DNA of 64,000 nt, taken from an uncultured Gammaproteobacteria bacterium (GTDB lineage Bacteria > Patescibacteriota > Microgenomatia > UBA8517). The stretch spans positions 92,651 to 156,650 of the forward strand of contig CAZRJH010000001.1 of assembly GCA_964600575.1 (NCBI GenBank), given 5' to 3'. The position numbers were made by a program, and so were the translations under genes. Below are positions 18,167-28,086 of this stretch, one piece after another. Numbering within the stretch: position 1 is the stretch's first letter; each line of letters begins with the position of its first letter. A model generated the notes under the pieces. The model saw only the letters and a list, made by a program, of their open reading frames with translations, did not search any database and was not told the origin of the DNA.

Positions 18167-19747
18167 TTAATGCAAAGTTCCCAAAAGTAAAAAGTTGTCA
18201 TCTTCTTCTATAAGTCTTGTCGACAAAGATTCTTTAACAAACAACAAAGTTTTTTCTTGAACGGTTTTTTTGTTTACTAGAATATATCCCACATCAAATT
18301 TGTCGGTAAAGCCGGACTCCAAAGGTATACAAACTAATGTTTTCTCGCACTTTATTAGTTGTTTTACAAAAGCGTCTTCCAAAAGAAATTCCAAAGTCTC
18401 GGGTTTTACATAACTTAGATAGCCGCCAATTAAAGGTTTTTGAAAAATAATTTGTGAAGTTAGCATTTTGTAATCAAAGTCACCGTTAGGTTGATTAAAA
18501 GAATCCATTGATCCAAAGGGTAAAAACAAAACGTTTCTGGAGGGCTCGGTACTTAGACGGGAAAAGACAGGGTTGGTTTTTAGATTTTCAAATTTTATCG
18601 AGGGTACAAAGAAAAAGTTTTGAAAAATGCACAACGCAAAAATAGTATAAACAAAAAGTTTAGACTTTCCTGCAAACAGGTAACTAAATGAAGTTGCGGC
18701 AAAAACGCTTGCTGCCAACATTACTATTAAACTAAACCTGACTGGGGATCTAAAAAGCGAGAAAACGGGGAGGTTTTTTAAAATTTGATAAGGCATAAGC
18801 TCCGACTCAAAAATCATTTTGCCCGCAATATTTATGCTGTTTCCCAAGGATAGCAGGAAAAAGCCCAATGCAAGGCCAAGGAAAATTTTAAACTCAGCAC
18901 CGACGCGGTACTTTTTGTGTATAACTAAGTAAACAAAAGAAGCCAAAGTTATAAAACCCAAAAAAGGAATTGTAAGACCATAATAATGCTCGCTTACCGT
19001 TTTAAACGGCCAAAAATACCCGAATACATCGGCGGAAATAAGTTTGGCAGAGTCGGGCTCTTTTGGTAGCGGGTGTAAGCCAAAACTATTTTTGTTTAAT
19101 AAAATTAAAGGGGTTACAAATATTATCGTAACAAGCAAAGTCCGAAACATTTTTTTAAAAAAGTTAACTCGATTTTCCGATTCAAAAATGTAATAAAAAA
19201 ATGCGGTTGCCAAAAGACCTAATATTGTAATCAAAAAAGTTCTGTAGTCCCCATATGCCGACAGGGCCAAGAAAACTCCGAGGGACAAGTAATTTTTTGT
19301 CGACAAGTTTTCTTTTAAAAGTTTAAATAAAAAGTAAAAACAAAACCCCAACCACTGCGTTCCCAGAAGATCGATTTGTCCAAGCCCAAGTATATTTAAT
19401 CTGTAAGAACTAAAAGTAAAAATAATCGAACCCGCAATTGCCGCGTATTTGGATTTAGCTAAATATTTCAAAAATACATAAAATCCTAAAAAGGTTAGAA
19501 CAAACGAAAAAACAACCAAAAAGTTATATGAACCTGTCGGGCCAAAAAATATATAAAAGGGTAAACTCAGAATCGTGTTTAGTAACGGAACTTCTAGATT
19601 TAAAGAAGCGCCTTGGGGTGCAAACAAAAAGTTTGTAAAAAACAAACCCCACTTTCCCAGCAACGCTTCGGAGGAATGCCACAAAAGCCACAAGTATGCG
19701 GCCGCATCCTCGGCTCCGATTTGTGCGAAAGGATAAAAACCCGACAT
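18167..19747 (-). CDS. polytopic membrane protein (about 11 TM segments plus a C-terminal soluble domain), possibly GT-C-like glycosyltransferase
   Basis: Highly hydrophobic N-terminal 400 aa with repeated aromatic-rich helices. The family assignment is speculative. Confidence 0.55.
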   Translation of the reverse strand: MSGFYPFAQIGAEDAAAYLWLLWHSSEALLGKWGLFFTNFLFAPQGASLNLEVPLLNTILSLPFYIFFGPTGSYNFLVVFSFVLTFLGFYVFLKYLAKSKYAAIAGSIIFTFSSYRLNILGLGQIDLLGTQWLGFCFYFLFKLLKENLSTKNYLSLGVFLALSAYGDYRTFLITILGLLATAFFYYIFESENRVNFFKKMFRTLLVTIIFVTPLILLNKNSFGLHPLPKEPDSAKLISADVFGYFWPFKTVSEHYYGLTIPFLGFITLASFVYLVIHKKYRVGAEFKIFLGLALGFFLLSLGNSINIAGKMIFESELMPYQILKNLPVFSLFRSPVRFSLIVMLAASVFAATSFSYLFAGKSKLFVYTIFALCIFQNFFFVPSIKFENLKTNPVFSRLSTEPSRNVLFLPFGSMDSFNQPNGDFDYKMLTSQIIFQKPLIGGYLSYVKPETLEFLLEDAFVKQLIKCEKTLVCIPLESGFTDKFDVGYILVNKKTVQEKTLLFVKESLSTRLIEEDDNFLLLGTLH

Positions 19748-19796
19748 GGTAGTGAATAAATTCTAACCAGTTTTTGATGAATAACAAAATAAGGGA

Positions 19797-19852
19797 TGAT
19801 ATGACATCCACCTCGCGCCAAAACTGCGAGGTTCCCCCAAGGTGGATGACAT
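19797..19852 (+). promoter_or_regulatory. nested hairpin element upstream of the uvrA promoter
   Basis: Outer arms GATGACATCCAC / GTGGATGACAT, inner perfect stem CCTCGC/GCGAGG and a 9-nt loop. Confidence 0.3.
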
Positions 19853-19869
19853 ACCAGCGTTCAATTCAT

Positions 19870-19910
19870 CCTCACACCAAGATGTGAGGTTTTCTTGAAT
19901 GCTGGTATAA
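19870..19910 (+). promoter_or_regulatory. palindrome CCTCACA-N6-TGTGAGG followed by an extended -10 (TGgTATAAT) of uvrA
   Basis: Seven-bp perfect inverted repeat at 19870-19889. TGGTATAAT at 19902-19910, about 40 nt upstream of the uvrA ATG. Confidence 0.35.
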
Positions 19911-19949
19911 TATCATTTCCACCGGCAATCCGGCGGGAAACTTGCGTGC

Positions 19950-22859
19950 ATGAAAGATGAAATAAATATCAGAGGTGCCAGACAACACAACTTAAAAAAT
20001 GTGGACCTTGCCATTCCTAAAAATAAACTTGTGGTTTTAACTGGGGTTTCGGGGTCGGGTAAAAGTTCTTTAGCTTTTGACACTTTGTATGCCGAAGGTC
20101 AAAGGAGATATGTGGAGTCGCTCTCCAGTTATGCCAGACAGTTTTTGGGAGTAATGGAAAAGCCCGATGTTGACTCCATAGACGGACTATCACCAGCTAT
20201 TTCAATTGACCAAAAAACAACATCTCACAATCCCAGAAGTACTGTTGGAACGGTTACCGAAATTTACGATTACCTTAGACTTCTTTTTGCACGAATTGGA
20301 CATCCGCATTGTCCGATATGCGGACGAGAAATTTCTCACCAAACTTTGGATCAGATAGTCAATCAGGCGGTGGGTCTTATCAAACAGACTGCAAAAGCCG
20401 ATAAAAAGGCATGGTTTTTGATTTTGGCTCCTGTGGTTAGTGATAGAAAAGGAGAATTCTCTCAACTTTTTGAGAATTTAAAATCCAAAGGATATAGGCA
20501 AGTTAGGATAGATGGCAGGGTCCACGATTTGTCGGAAGATTTAGTTCTCATTAAAACCAACAAACATACCATAGAAGCAGTTGTAGATAGACTAGCCTTC
20601 ACGGACAAAAATCTTAAAAGTCCTACTTTTGAGTCGGAATTAAAAGGCCGACTTGCAGACTCTGTCCAGCAAGCTTTAAATCTCTCCGAAGGCTTGGCTG
20701 TTTTTGCACAAGTTAAAGACAAAGAGTTTTCCATGCCTGTAGCCCCCAAAGAGTTCGAAGACCATCTTTTCTCCGAACGATTCGCTTGTCCCATAGACAA
20801 TATATCCATTGCAGAGATAGAACCGAGAACTTTTTCTTTTAACTCTCCTCAAGGTGCTTGCCCCACATGTACAGGACTCGGGAAGATACTAAAGGTGGAT
20901 GCAGAGTTGGTGTTTTCGAGAGAGTTAACAATTATGGAAGGCGGAATTTTACCTTTTTCCAATATGTTCGAACACGAAACTTGGTACGGAAGACTTCTCA
21001 AAAAAGTTTGTGAGGAAAATAAAATCCCCATGAATAAACCCATAAAAGACTTGGACCAAAGCCAGACAGATTTGCTACTTAACGGTACGGGTGAAAAAGA
21101 ATACCGTGTATACGGCACAAACAGATTTGGAAAAGAAACATATATTTGGGAAAGGTATACGGGAATTGTTGCCGAGTTGGAAAGACGCCACAATACGAGC
21201 GAAAGTGACTGGGTAAGAGAAGAAATTAAAAAGTACATGAGAGAAAGGGTCTGTCCGGAATGTAATGGCGCCAGACTTAAAAAAGAAGCTTTGGGAATAA
21301 CAATAAAAAGTTTGTCTATTGCGGATGTTACAAACTTTTCTATTGATAAAACCGTTGAATGGACGGGCGAGCTTTTGGAAGGGAGTGCGATTAACGAAAG
21401 AGAAAAAGAGATTGGAAACTTAATAATCAAAGAGATTTTGGGAAGACTAAAATTCCTTACTTCCGTAGGTCTTGAATATTTAACACTTAATCGCGTAGCG
21501 GGGTCCTTGTCTGGAGGAGAAGCTCAAAGAATCCGTTTGGCAAGTCAAATCGGGTCGGGACTAACGGGTGTCTTGTATGTTTTGGATGAACCCACAATCG
21601 GGCTTCATCCAAGGGATGATCAAAAGCTAATTGCCACACTTAAAAAACTTAGAGATTTAGGTAACACCGTCGTGGTTGTAGAACACGATGCAACAATGAT
21701 GAAAGAGTCCGACTATATTGTAGACTTTGGCCCGGGCGCAGGTAAACACGGGGGAGAAGTAATTGCGGTCGGTACACCGACCGAGATAGAAAAAGACGAA
21801 AACTCAATTACGGGAAAATATTTATCGGGGAAGAAAAAGATAGAAGTTATGATTCCGCAGAAACTTATCGATAAGCCGGAAGTCTTAAAAATTTTTGGAT
21901 GTTCACAGTTCAATCTTAAAAATGTTGACGCGGAGTTCCCTTTGGGACAACTTGTTGCCATAACCGGTGTTTCCGGATCGGGAAAGTCCACTTTGCTTGT
22001 AGAGACACTTTTCCCGGCACTTCAGAAAGAACTGGAAACAGGATTTAGAGGAGAAGTTGGAATTTATAAAAGAATCGAGGGAATGGAAAATATAGATAAA
22101 GCAATTCTTATCGACCAATCCCCGATTGGCAGAACTCCAAGAAGTAACCCCGCAACATATACGGGCCTTTTTGATCCGATTCGCGATGTGTTTTCGGGCA
22201 CCCGCGATGCAAAAGCTGCGGGTTTTAAAAAGGGTAGATTTTCTTTTAATGTTAGAGGCGGAAGGTGTGAATCCTGTGAAGGGCAAGGGCAAATAAAAAT
22301 AGAAATGCAGTTTATGAGCGACCTTTGGGTAACTTGTGATGTTTGTAAAGGTAAGAGATACAACGCACAAACTTTGGAAATTTCCTACAGAGGCAAAAAT
22401 ATAGCCGAGGTTTTGGGGTTAACAATCGACGAAGCAAAAGAGTTTTTCCATGCACACCCCCAACTCACTCAAAAACTGGAAACGCTTTCTTTGGTGGGTT
22501 TGGGATATATGCAACTCGGTCAACCCGCAACGACTCTTTCGGGTGGAGAAGCACAAAGAGTAAAACTGGCAACGGAACTTTCCCGTAAATCTACGGGTAA
22601 AACTGTATATATTTTGGACGAACCCACAACAGGGCTTCATTTTGCGGATGTAGAAAGACTTTTAAAAGTTCTTAGACTTTTAGTCCAAAAGGGCAATAGT
22701 GTTTTTGTAATCGAACACAATTTGGATGTCATAAAAAACAGTGATTGGGTAATTGATTTGGGCCCGGAGGGTGGCGACGGTGGCGGAAAAATTGTAGCCA
22801 AAGGAAGAGTTTCCGATATTGCCAAAAACAAAAACTCAGCCACCTCTAAATATCTTTAA
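19950..22859 (+). CDS. uvrA: excinuclease ABC subunit A
   Basis: N-terminus NLKNVDLAIPKNKLVVLTGVSGSGKSSLAFDTLYAEGQRRYVESLS, two ABC ATPase modules and zinc-finger Cys pairs. 969 aa. Confidence 0.95.
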   Translation: MKDEINIRGARQHNLKNVDLAIPKNKLVVLTGVSGSGKSSLAFDTLYAEGQRRYVESLSSYARQFLGVMEKPDVDSIDGLSPAISIDQKTTSHNPRSTVGTVTEIYDYLRLLFARIGHPHCPICGREISHQTLDQIVNQAVGLIKQTAKADKKAWFLILAPVVSDRKGEFSQLFENLKSKGYRQVRIDGRVHDLSEDLVLIKTNKHTIEAVVDRLAFTDKNLKSPTFESELKGRLADSVQQALNLSEGLAVFAQVKDKEFSMPVAPKEFEDHLFSERFACPIDNISIAEIEPRTFSFNSPQGACPTCTGLGKILKVDAELVFSRELTIMEGGILPFSNMFEHETWYGRLLKKVCEENKIPMNKPIKDLDQSQTDLLLNGTGEKEYRVYGTNRFGKETYIWERYTGIVAELERRHNTSESDWVREEIKKYMRERVCPECNGARLKKEALGITIKSLSIADVTNFSIDKTVEWTGELLEGSAINEREKEIGNLIIKEILGRLKFLTSVGLEYLTLNRVAGSLSGGEAQRIRLASQIGSGLTGVLYVLDEPTIGLHPRDDQKLIATLKKLRDLGNTVVVVEHDATMMKESDYIVDFGPGAGKHGGEVIAVGTPTEIEKDENSITGKYLSGKKKIEVMIPQKLIDKPEVLKIFGCSQFNLKNVDAEFPLGQLVAITGVSGSGKSTLLVETLFPALQKELETGFRGEVGIYKRIEGMENIDKAILIDQSPIGRTPRSNPATYTGLFDPIRDVFSGTRDAKAAGFKKGRFSFNVRGGRCESCEGQGQIKIEMQFMSDLWVTCDVCKGKRYNAQTLEISYRGKNIAEVLGLTIDEAKEFFHAHPQLTQKLETLSLVGLGYMQLGQPATTLSGGEAQRVKLATELSRKSTGKTVYILDEPTTGLHFADVERLLKVLRLLVQKGNSVFVIEHNLDVIKNSDWVIDLGPEGGDGGGKIVAKGRVSDIAKNKNSATSKYL

Positions 22860-22900
22860 CTAAAGCTCCATTCGGTTCCCACTTACGATATACTCAAATT

Positions 22901-24847
22901 ATGTTTAAAAAGCTTTTGACTTTTCTTTTAGGTTTTATTGCAATATTTTTAATAACAGGAGAGGTTAAGGCAGATAATGAGTTTTATACGGACTCTGTAG
23001 TTACTTACCATGTACAAGAATCAGGTAAAACTTTAGTAACTCACGAAATAACCATTGAGAATGCATTCTCAACAATTTACGCAACTTCGTATGCAGTAAC
23101 TCTGGAAAATATAGATGTACAAAATGTGTCGGCAGTCAACGAAAACGGTAAGGCAATTAATGTTACAACCGAAAAACAGGGAGACAAGACCTCTATCAAA
23201 TTAGAATTCTCAGATGCCGTAGTCGGAAAAGGCGAAAAACGCCACTTTTATGTAAGTTACGAAAACGGAAGTTTTGCGGTAAGAACGGGAGAGATATGGG
23301 AAATAGAAGTTCCAAAAGTTGCACAAGATAACAGTTTCAGAAGTTACGCGGTAAAACTTATGGTTCCACAAAGTTTTGGACTAGAAGCATATGTTTCTCC
23401 TAAACCCGTAAGTTTTGATCAGGATGACAAAAATAAAACATATACTTTTTCCAGGGAAGATTTGGCCAAGACGGCACTAACCGCGGGTTTTGGACAATTC
23501 CAGGTATTTACCTTTAATCTTTCTTACCATCTGGAAAATCCTTTGGCTGTAAGTACAGATACGCAAGTTGCTCTTCCTCCCGATACCGCATTTCAAAAAG
23601 TTTATTTTTCAAAAATTACTCCTCAACCGAACGATGTAACGGTGGATTCCGACGGCAACTGGTTGGCAACATTTCATCTGACCCCAAGGCAAAGGGTGGA
23701 TGTAAATGTTTTGGGTTCTGTGCAGATTTTTGCAAGTTACAGATCTTTCCCTAAGCCTACCGAACGAGTTTTAAGCGACAACCTTAAACATAGCGATTAT
23801 TGGCAAACCGATGAACCCCAGATAAAAGCATTAGCACGCGAACTCAAAACACCCGAAGCAATCTATGATTACATAGTTAAAAATCTTAAATATGATTACG
23901 CTAGAGTCACACCGACCGTTCAAAGGTTTGGGGCCAAAAAAGCATTGGAAAATCCTTCCCAGGCAATTTGTATGGAGTTCACTGATCTTTTTATTGCACT
24001 TGCGCGGGCAGCCGGAATTCCTGCCAGAGAAGTAAACGGTTATGCATATACGGAAAACCCTCAACTTCAACCATTGAGTTTGGTTGCGGATGTACTACAT
24101 GCATGGCCGGAATACTACGATTCCGAAAAAGGAGCTTGGATACCCATTGATCCTACCTGGGGGTCAACAAGCGGCAGTGATTTTTTTAACAAATTAGACC
24201 TTAGGCATTTTACTTTTGTAATTCACGGAGAGAGCGCTACAAAACCTTATGCACCTGGGTCATACAAATTGGGTCCAAATCCACAAAAGGACGTCTTTGT
24301 TTCCTTTGGTAAACTTCCCGACGCCAGAAACTCTGTTCCAGGACTTTCGGTAGCCCCCAAAAGCACATTGCCTTTTATGGATTCAGTTTTTACAGTAACC
24401 GTAAACAACCCCGGCCCCTCTGCTCTGTATGGAGTTTACCCGACTGTTTATTTTGACGGCAAAGAAAATAGCCGTGATTTTATAGAAATTCTTACCCCTT
24501 ATTCAAATTACAAATTTGATATAAAAGTACCGTTTAGTATTTTGGGTAATAAAACCCCCGACGAAGTTTCGGTTAGTGTCTCAGGGAGCGAAGTTAAAAT
24601 TTCTACAAATAAATCACAGGTGATAATCAATAGCCTTTTGGTGATACTTCTTGTTTGTGGTGTAATAATGTTTGCCGTTTTGCTAAAACTAAGAAAAATA
24701 ACATTCGATCCCTTAATCGCCCGCATAACCGCACTCTTTGGTAAAATACAAGCTAAGTATGGAAAACTTTCTGGCAAAACTGACAAAAATTCCCCTGACG
24801 GGAAGTCGGGAGGACAAACGCCGAGTAGTCCGGGGGCTACCGGATAG
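22901..24847 (+). CDS. exported transglutaminase-like domain protein with C-terminal membrane anchor
   Basis: Signal peptide MFKKLLTFLLGFIAIFLITGEVKA. Transglutaminase-core Cys-His-Asp context (QAICMEF ... LHAWPEYY ... IDPTWG). C-terminal TM helix plus a Gly/Ser/Pro-rich tail. Confidence 0.7.
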   Translation: MFKKLLTFLLGFIAIFLITGEVKADNEFYTDSVVTYHVQESGKTLVTHEITIENAFSTIYATSYAVTLENIDVQNVSAVNENGKAINVTTEKQGDKTSIKLEFSDAVVGKGEKRHFYVSYENGSFAVRTGEIWEIEVPKVAQDNSFRSYAVKLMVPQSFGLEAYVSPKPVSFDQDDKNKTYTFSREDLAKTALTAGFGQFQVFTFNLSYHLENPLAVSTDTQVALPPDTAFQKVYFSKITPQPNDVTVDSDGNWLATFHLTPRQRVDVNVLGSVQIFASYRSFPKPTERVLSDNLKHSDYWQTDEPQIKALARELKTPEAIYDYIVKNLKYDYARVTPTVQRFGAKKALENPSQAICMEFTDLFIALARAAGIPAREVNGYAYTENPQLQPLSLVADVLHAWPEYYDSEKGAWIPIDPTWGSTSGSDFFNKLDLRHFTFVIHGESATKPYAPGSYKLGPNPQKDVFVSFGKLPDARNSVPGLSVAPKSTLPFMDSVFTVTVNNPGPSALYGVYPTVYFDGKENSRDFIEILTPYSNYKFDIKVPFSILGNKTPDEVSVSVSGSEVKISTNKSQVIINSLLVILLVCGVIMFAVLLKLRKITFDPLIARITALFGKIQAKYGKLSGKTDKNSPDGKSGGQTPSSPGATG

Positions 24848-26123
24848 TCCCGGTGTTTATATTTATTATTTTAGAAACACCCCGATTTATGTCGGTAAGG
24901 CAATAAACCTAAAAAGCCGCGTAACTTCTTATTTTGATCTGGATTTGGAGCCCAAAACACAAACAATGATAACAGAGGCTGAATATTTGTCTTATGTACG
25001 GGTAACAAGCGAGCTGGAAGCCCTTCTTTTGGAAGCAAAACTTATAAGAAAGTTTATGCCTCAATACAACATTGCGGCCAAAGACGACAAGCATCCTTTG
25101 TATATAATTATCACAAAAGAAAAATACCCCAGGGTAATAACAGCCAGAAAAATTGATACCGAGACCACAAAAAGTGTTGCACACTACGGACCGTTTCCTT
25201 CCAGTGGAAATGTTAAGTCTGTTCTACGAATGATCCGTAGAATTATTCCGTTTTCCGACCACAAAATTACCAAGAGAAAATGTCTTTATTCTCACATCGG
25301 TCTTTGTAAACCGTGTCCTTCTGATATCGAAACAACTATCGACCCAACCCAAAAGCAGGAAAAATATTTGGCTTACCGCAAAAACATTAGAAGAGTTAAA
25401 TCTATTTTGGACGGTAAATTCGAAGGATTAAAGACAAATTTAACTGTAGAAATGAATAAACTTTCCAAGATTCAAAAGTACGAGGAGGCAAAAACTGCCA
25501 GGGATCAGATAAAACGACTTGAATACATAACCTCTCCCAGAATCCCCACGGATATTTTTATGGAGAACCCCAACTTGTATGTCGATTTAAGGGAAAGAGA
25601 AATGAACGAACTCAAAAAACTTCTTTCATTATATTTTGATCTTAATTTGCCCAAAAGAATTGAGTGTTTTGATATAGCACACCTGGCGGGGTCATCTGCT
25701 ACCGCTTCTATGGTTACTTTTATAGGGGCCGAAGCAGATAAGAAGTTTTATAGACATTTTAGAATAAGGCAAGATAAAAGGAATAGCGATGTGGATAGTC
25801 TAAAGGAAGTGATAAAACGGAGGCTAAATCATCTGGACGATTGGGGAAAACCTGATCTGATAATTGTTGACGGAGGGAAACCCCAAGTTGGGGTTTTTGC
25901 AAAAGAAATTGAAAACATTGGGATACCGGTGATCGGTCTTGCTAAAAAGTTTGAAACATTTGTAATACCAATTAAAAATTTGAACGAGTTAACTTTTACC
26001 GAAGTAAGAGTTCCAAGAGGTCCTGTTTTGAATTTGGTTCAGAGGATGCGTGACGAGGCACATAGGTTTGCCAGGAGATATCACCATAAGCTTGTTTCGC
26101 AGGCTTTGATTAAAAAAGACTGA
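24759..26123 (+). CDS. uvrC: excinuclease ABC subunit C, short form (GIY-YIG + UVR + RNase H-like endonuclease domain; no C-terminal (HhH)2)
   Basis: GIY-YIG motif (PGVYIYYFRNTPIYVGKAINLKSRVTSYF) and UVR motif (KYEEAKTARDQIKRLEYI). The start is placed at the MENFLAKL Met, which overlaps the 3' end of the preceding gene by about 90 nt. The ORF opens at 24738. Confidence 0.8.
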   Translation: MENFLAKLTKIPLTGSREDKRRVVRGLPDSPGVYIYYFRNTPIYVGKAINLKSRVTSYFDLDLEPKTQTMITEAEYLSYVRVTSELEALLLEAKLIRKFMPQYNIAAKDDKHPLYIIITKEKYPRVITARKIDTETTKSVAHYGPFPSSGNVKSVLRMIRRIIPFSDHKITKRKCLYSHIGLCKPCPSDIETTIDPTQKQEKYLAYRKNIRRVKSILDGKFEGLKTNLTVEMNKLSKIQKYEEAKTARDQIKRLEYITSPRIPTDIFMENPNLYVDLREREMNELKKLLSLYFDLNLPKRIECFDIAHLAGSSATASMVTFIGAEADKKFYRHFRIRQDKRNSDVDSLKEVIKRRLNHLDDWGKPDLIIVDGGKPQVGVFAKEIENIGIPVIGLAKKFETFVIPIKNLNELTFTEVRVPRGPVLNLVQRMRDEAHRFARRYHHKLVSQALIKKD

Positions 26124-26258
26124 TTTTTTCCACAAAAAATGCGAAGCATGCGGTGTCCTGCCGGGTTGGGAGAAAATCATCAAGAGCAAAACTCTCGATT
26201 ATTCCTCCGTCACCCGACAGAACACCTTACCAAGCGTTAGCTTGGCAGCTTCGCAAAA

Positions 26259-28073
26259 CTACTCATCTCCGCCCAGAATATCCTGGAACAGTTGCTTCCA
26301 GTAGAGAGCGCTTCCCATATCGGGCGTGCCATCCACCTGGATGTTGCGGACGGTGTAGAACTCTTCTCCCGGTAACTGATAAACAGTCGCCGTAATCGTC
26401 TTGCCGGGAATGGCCAAGGCGGCGTTCAGACTGTTACTCGGTGCGAGCAAGTAGACCAAGGATCCATCACCCTGTTGAACAGTGATCAGGAACGAGGATT
26501 CTTGTCCGCCGGAAGGTCGATCAACTCTGACGTTATCGGTAACAACACCAGTGATCTGAATATCACTTTGGGTATTGTCGATTGTTGCGGCGTTAATGAC
26601 ATTGGTTCGAATGCCTTGGTATTTGGCATAGGCTTCTTCGAATGTTTGTGCGACCGCATAAACACTTTGGTCGTTTTCATTCGTTTGGTCCAGATTGACA
26701 AACCCATAGCCGCCGATGTTCTTGTCGCCGTATTCGTCCGTATATGTCAGGATGCAGTAGATAGTATCGGCATCGAGTATGCGGTGATATTCACAGAGCT
26801 CCGCGGTATACGAAGCGGTCTGGTTGATCTGCTCGTTTGCCTTTTTGGTCATCGCCAATTTAATGGTTTCTATGGTCTTTCCTGACATTTCGTAATACTT
26901 CGCTTCCAGATTTGTCGGATTGACTGTAACCATCCCGATCACTGAAGGGTCGTTGCCGACCGAGGTGATCGTAAACTGGTATTCTACGCCGCCTGGTATT
27001 ATCACATCGTCATGATTATCAACCATCATCATTCCCTTAGTACCTTCCCAAGGACAACGTGTGTGGTTGGAATAACCGGCCCAGTAAGTCACATAGTTGT
27101 TTACCCAGTCGAGCGGATAAACACGTTCGACCCAAGTTGGCTTGTCGGCAACTGTCTTTCTGTCGCCGAATCCTGTCTGCGGGTCAAAGATCAGGAGGTT
27201 GTTGATGCTTGTGCCCTCGATACCAATGGTGTGTGTCGCCAGGGAACCTACGTAGTAGGCTTGCGGCACAAGATCGTCGGATACTTCCATCCCGTCAAGG
27301 TCGAGGATGCGGTATGGCGTTCCGATCATGTAGTCCATGTATACTCTGCGGCTCAAGTCTTTGCCCCACCATGCACCCGGTGCGTATTTCATTGAAAGTC
27401 CGGGAACAAGGATTGGCTCGACCGATTTGTCCATGGCATCAACCAAAACAAACGCCGGAATAACGCTCCCGTTGTTGTTGTAGGTCACATTGTCTGTAAT
27501 CTTAAGGTCTACAACATACATAGGGCGACCTTGAACAATTTGCAGATAAGCACGGTTTGGGGCAAGGTAGTTGCCGAGAACTGCGTTTTCGCCCTTAGAC
27601 AAAACAATGCTTGCGCGGGCGAGAGCGACCGATTCAGGGATCCTGATTACAGAAGTAAGGTCTGTCTCGGGATATGCTTCGGTAGCATCCTGAATGTTGA
27701 GGAAGCTTGCCATTCGGTCATAACCGGGGTCGCCACAGATTGCGGCCGGGGGTGTGCCCATTGCACCAATGCCCCATACTGCAAGCAATACAACTGCCAT
27801 TACTACACCGAAGGTTGCGCCAACAGTGTTGCTTGAATTGAGAATCAAAGCCGTAACGACACCAATACCCACATTCAGGATGATAAGACCCATCCAGCTG
27901 AGCCAGTGGGTGAGGTAGGGCATGCCGGCATAGAAAATAACCCAGTTCACGATGATCCCGATCAGGCCGGCAATGATGATCGAACCACCGAAGTGCTTCT
28001 CGTCGCCCATGGCGTCGAAAATTATCGCGGCAACCACTGCGATCGCCGTGAAAAGCATTAAGTACCCAAACAT
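26259..28073 (-). CDS. membrane-anchored protein of unknown family (3-4 N-terminal TM helices plus a roughly 480-aa extracytoplasmic domain); GC-rich gene
   Basis: 604-aa ORF. N-terminal hydrophobic helices (LMLFTAIAVVAAIIF, IIIAGLIGIIVNWVIFYAG, LIILNVGIGVVTALIL, VVMAVVLLAVWGIGA) and no recognised catalytic motif. GC is about 52-55%, against about 40% for its neighbours. Confidence 0.6.
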   Translation of the reverse strand: MFGYLMLFTAIAVVAAIIFDAMGDEKHFGGSIIIAGLIGIIVNWVIFYAGMPYLTHWLSWMGLIILNVGIGVVTALILNSSNTVGATFGVVMAVVLLAVWGIGAMGTPPAAICGDPGYDRMASFLNIQDATEAYPETDLTSVIRIPESVALARASIVLSKGENAVLGNYLAPNRAYLQIVQGRPMYVVDLKITDNVTYNNNGSVIPAFVLVDAMDKSVEPILVPGLSMKYAPGAWWGKDLSRRVYMDYMIGTPYRILDLDGMEVSDDLVPQAYYVGSLATHTIGIEGTSINNLLIFDPQTGFGDRKTVADKPTWVERVYPLDWVNNYVTYWAGYSNHTRCPWEGTKGMMMVDNHDDVIIPGGVEYQFTITSVGNDPSVIGMVTVNPTNLEAKYYEMSGKTIETIKLAMTKKANEQINQTASYTAELCEYHRILDADTIYCILTYTDEYGDKNIGGYGFVNLDQTNENDQSVYAVAQTFEEAYAKYQGIRTNVINAATIDNTQSDIQITGVVTDNVRVDRPSGGQESSFLITVQQGDGSLVYLLAPSNSLNAALAIPGKTITATVYQLPGEEFYTVRNIQVDGTPDMGSALYWKQLFQDILGGDE

Positions 28074-28086
28074 ATGTGTACTCCTC

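Noticed and set aside
20202-22843. Multiple antisense ORFs (87-193 aa) inside uvrA
   Set aside because: They are embedded opposite a highly conserved gene, with no motifs; these are typical spurious ORFs.
26475-27836. Several plus-strand ORFs (84-136 aa) within the GC-rich island
   Set aside because: They are antisense to the 604-aa gene. High GC inflates random ORF length; the sense ORF is continuous and has TM-domain architecture.
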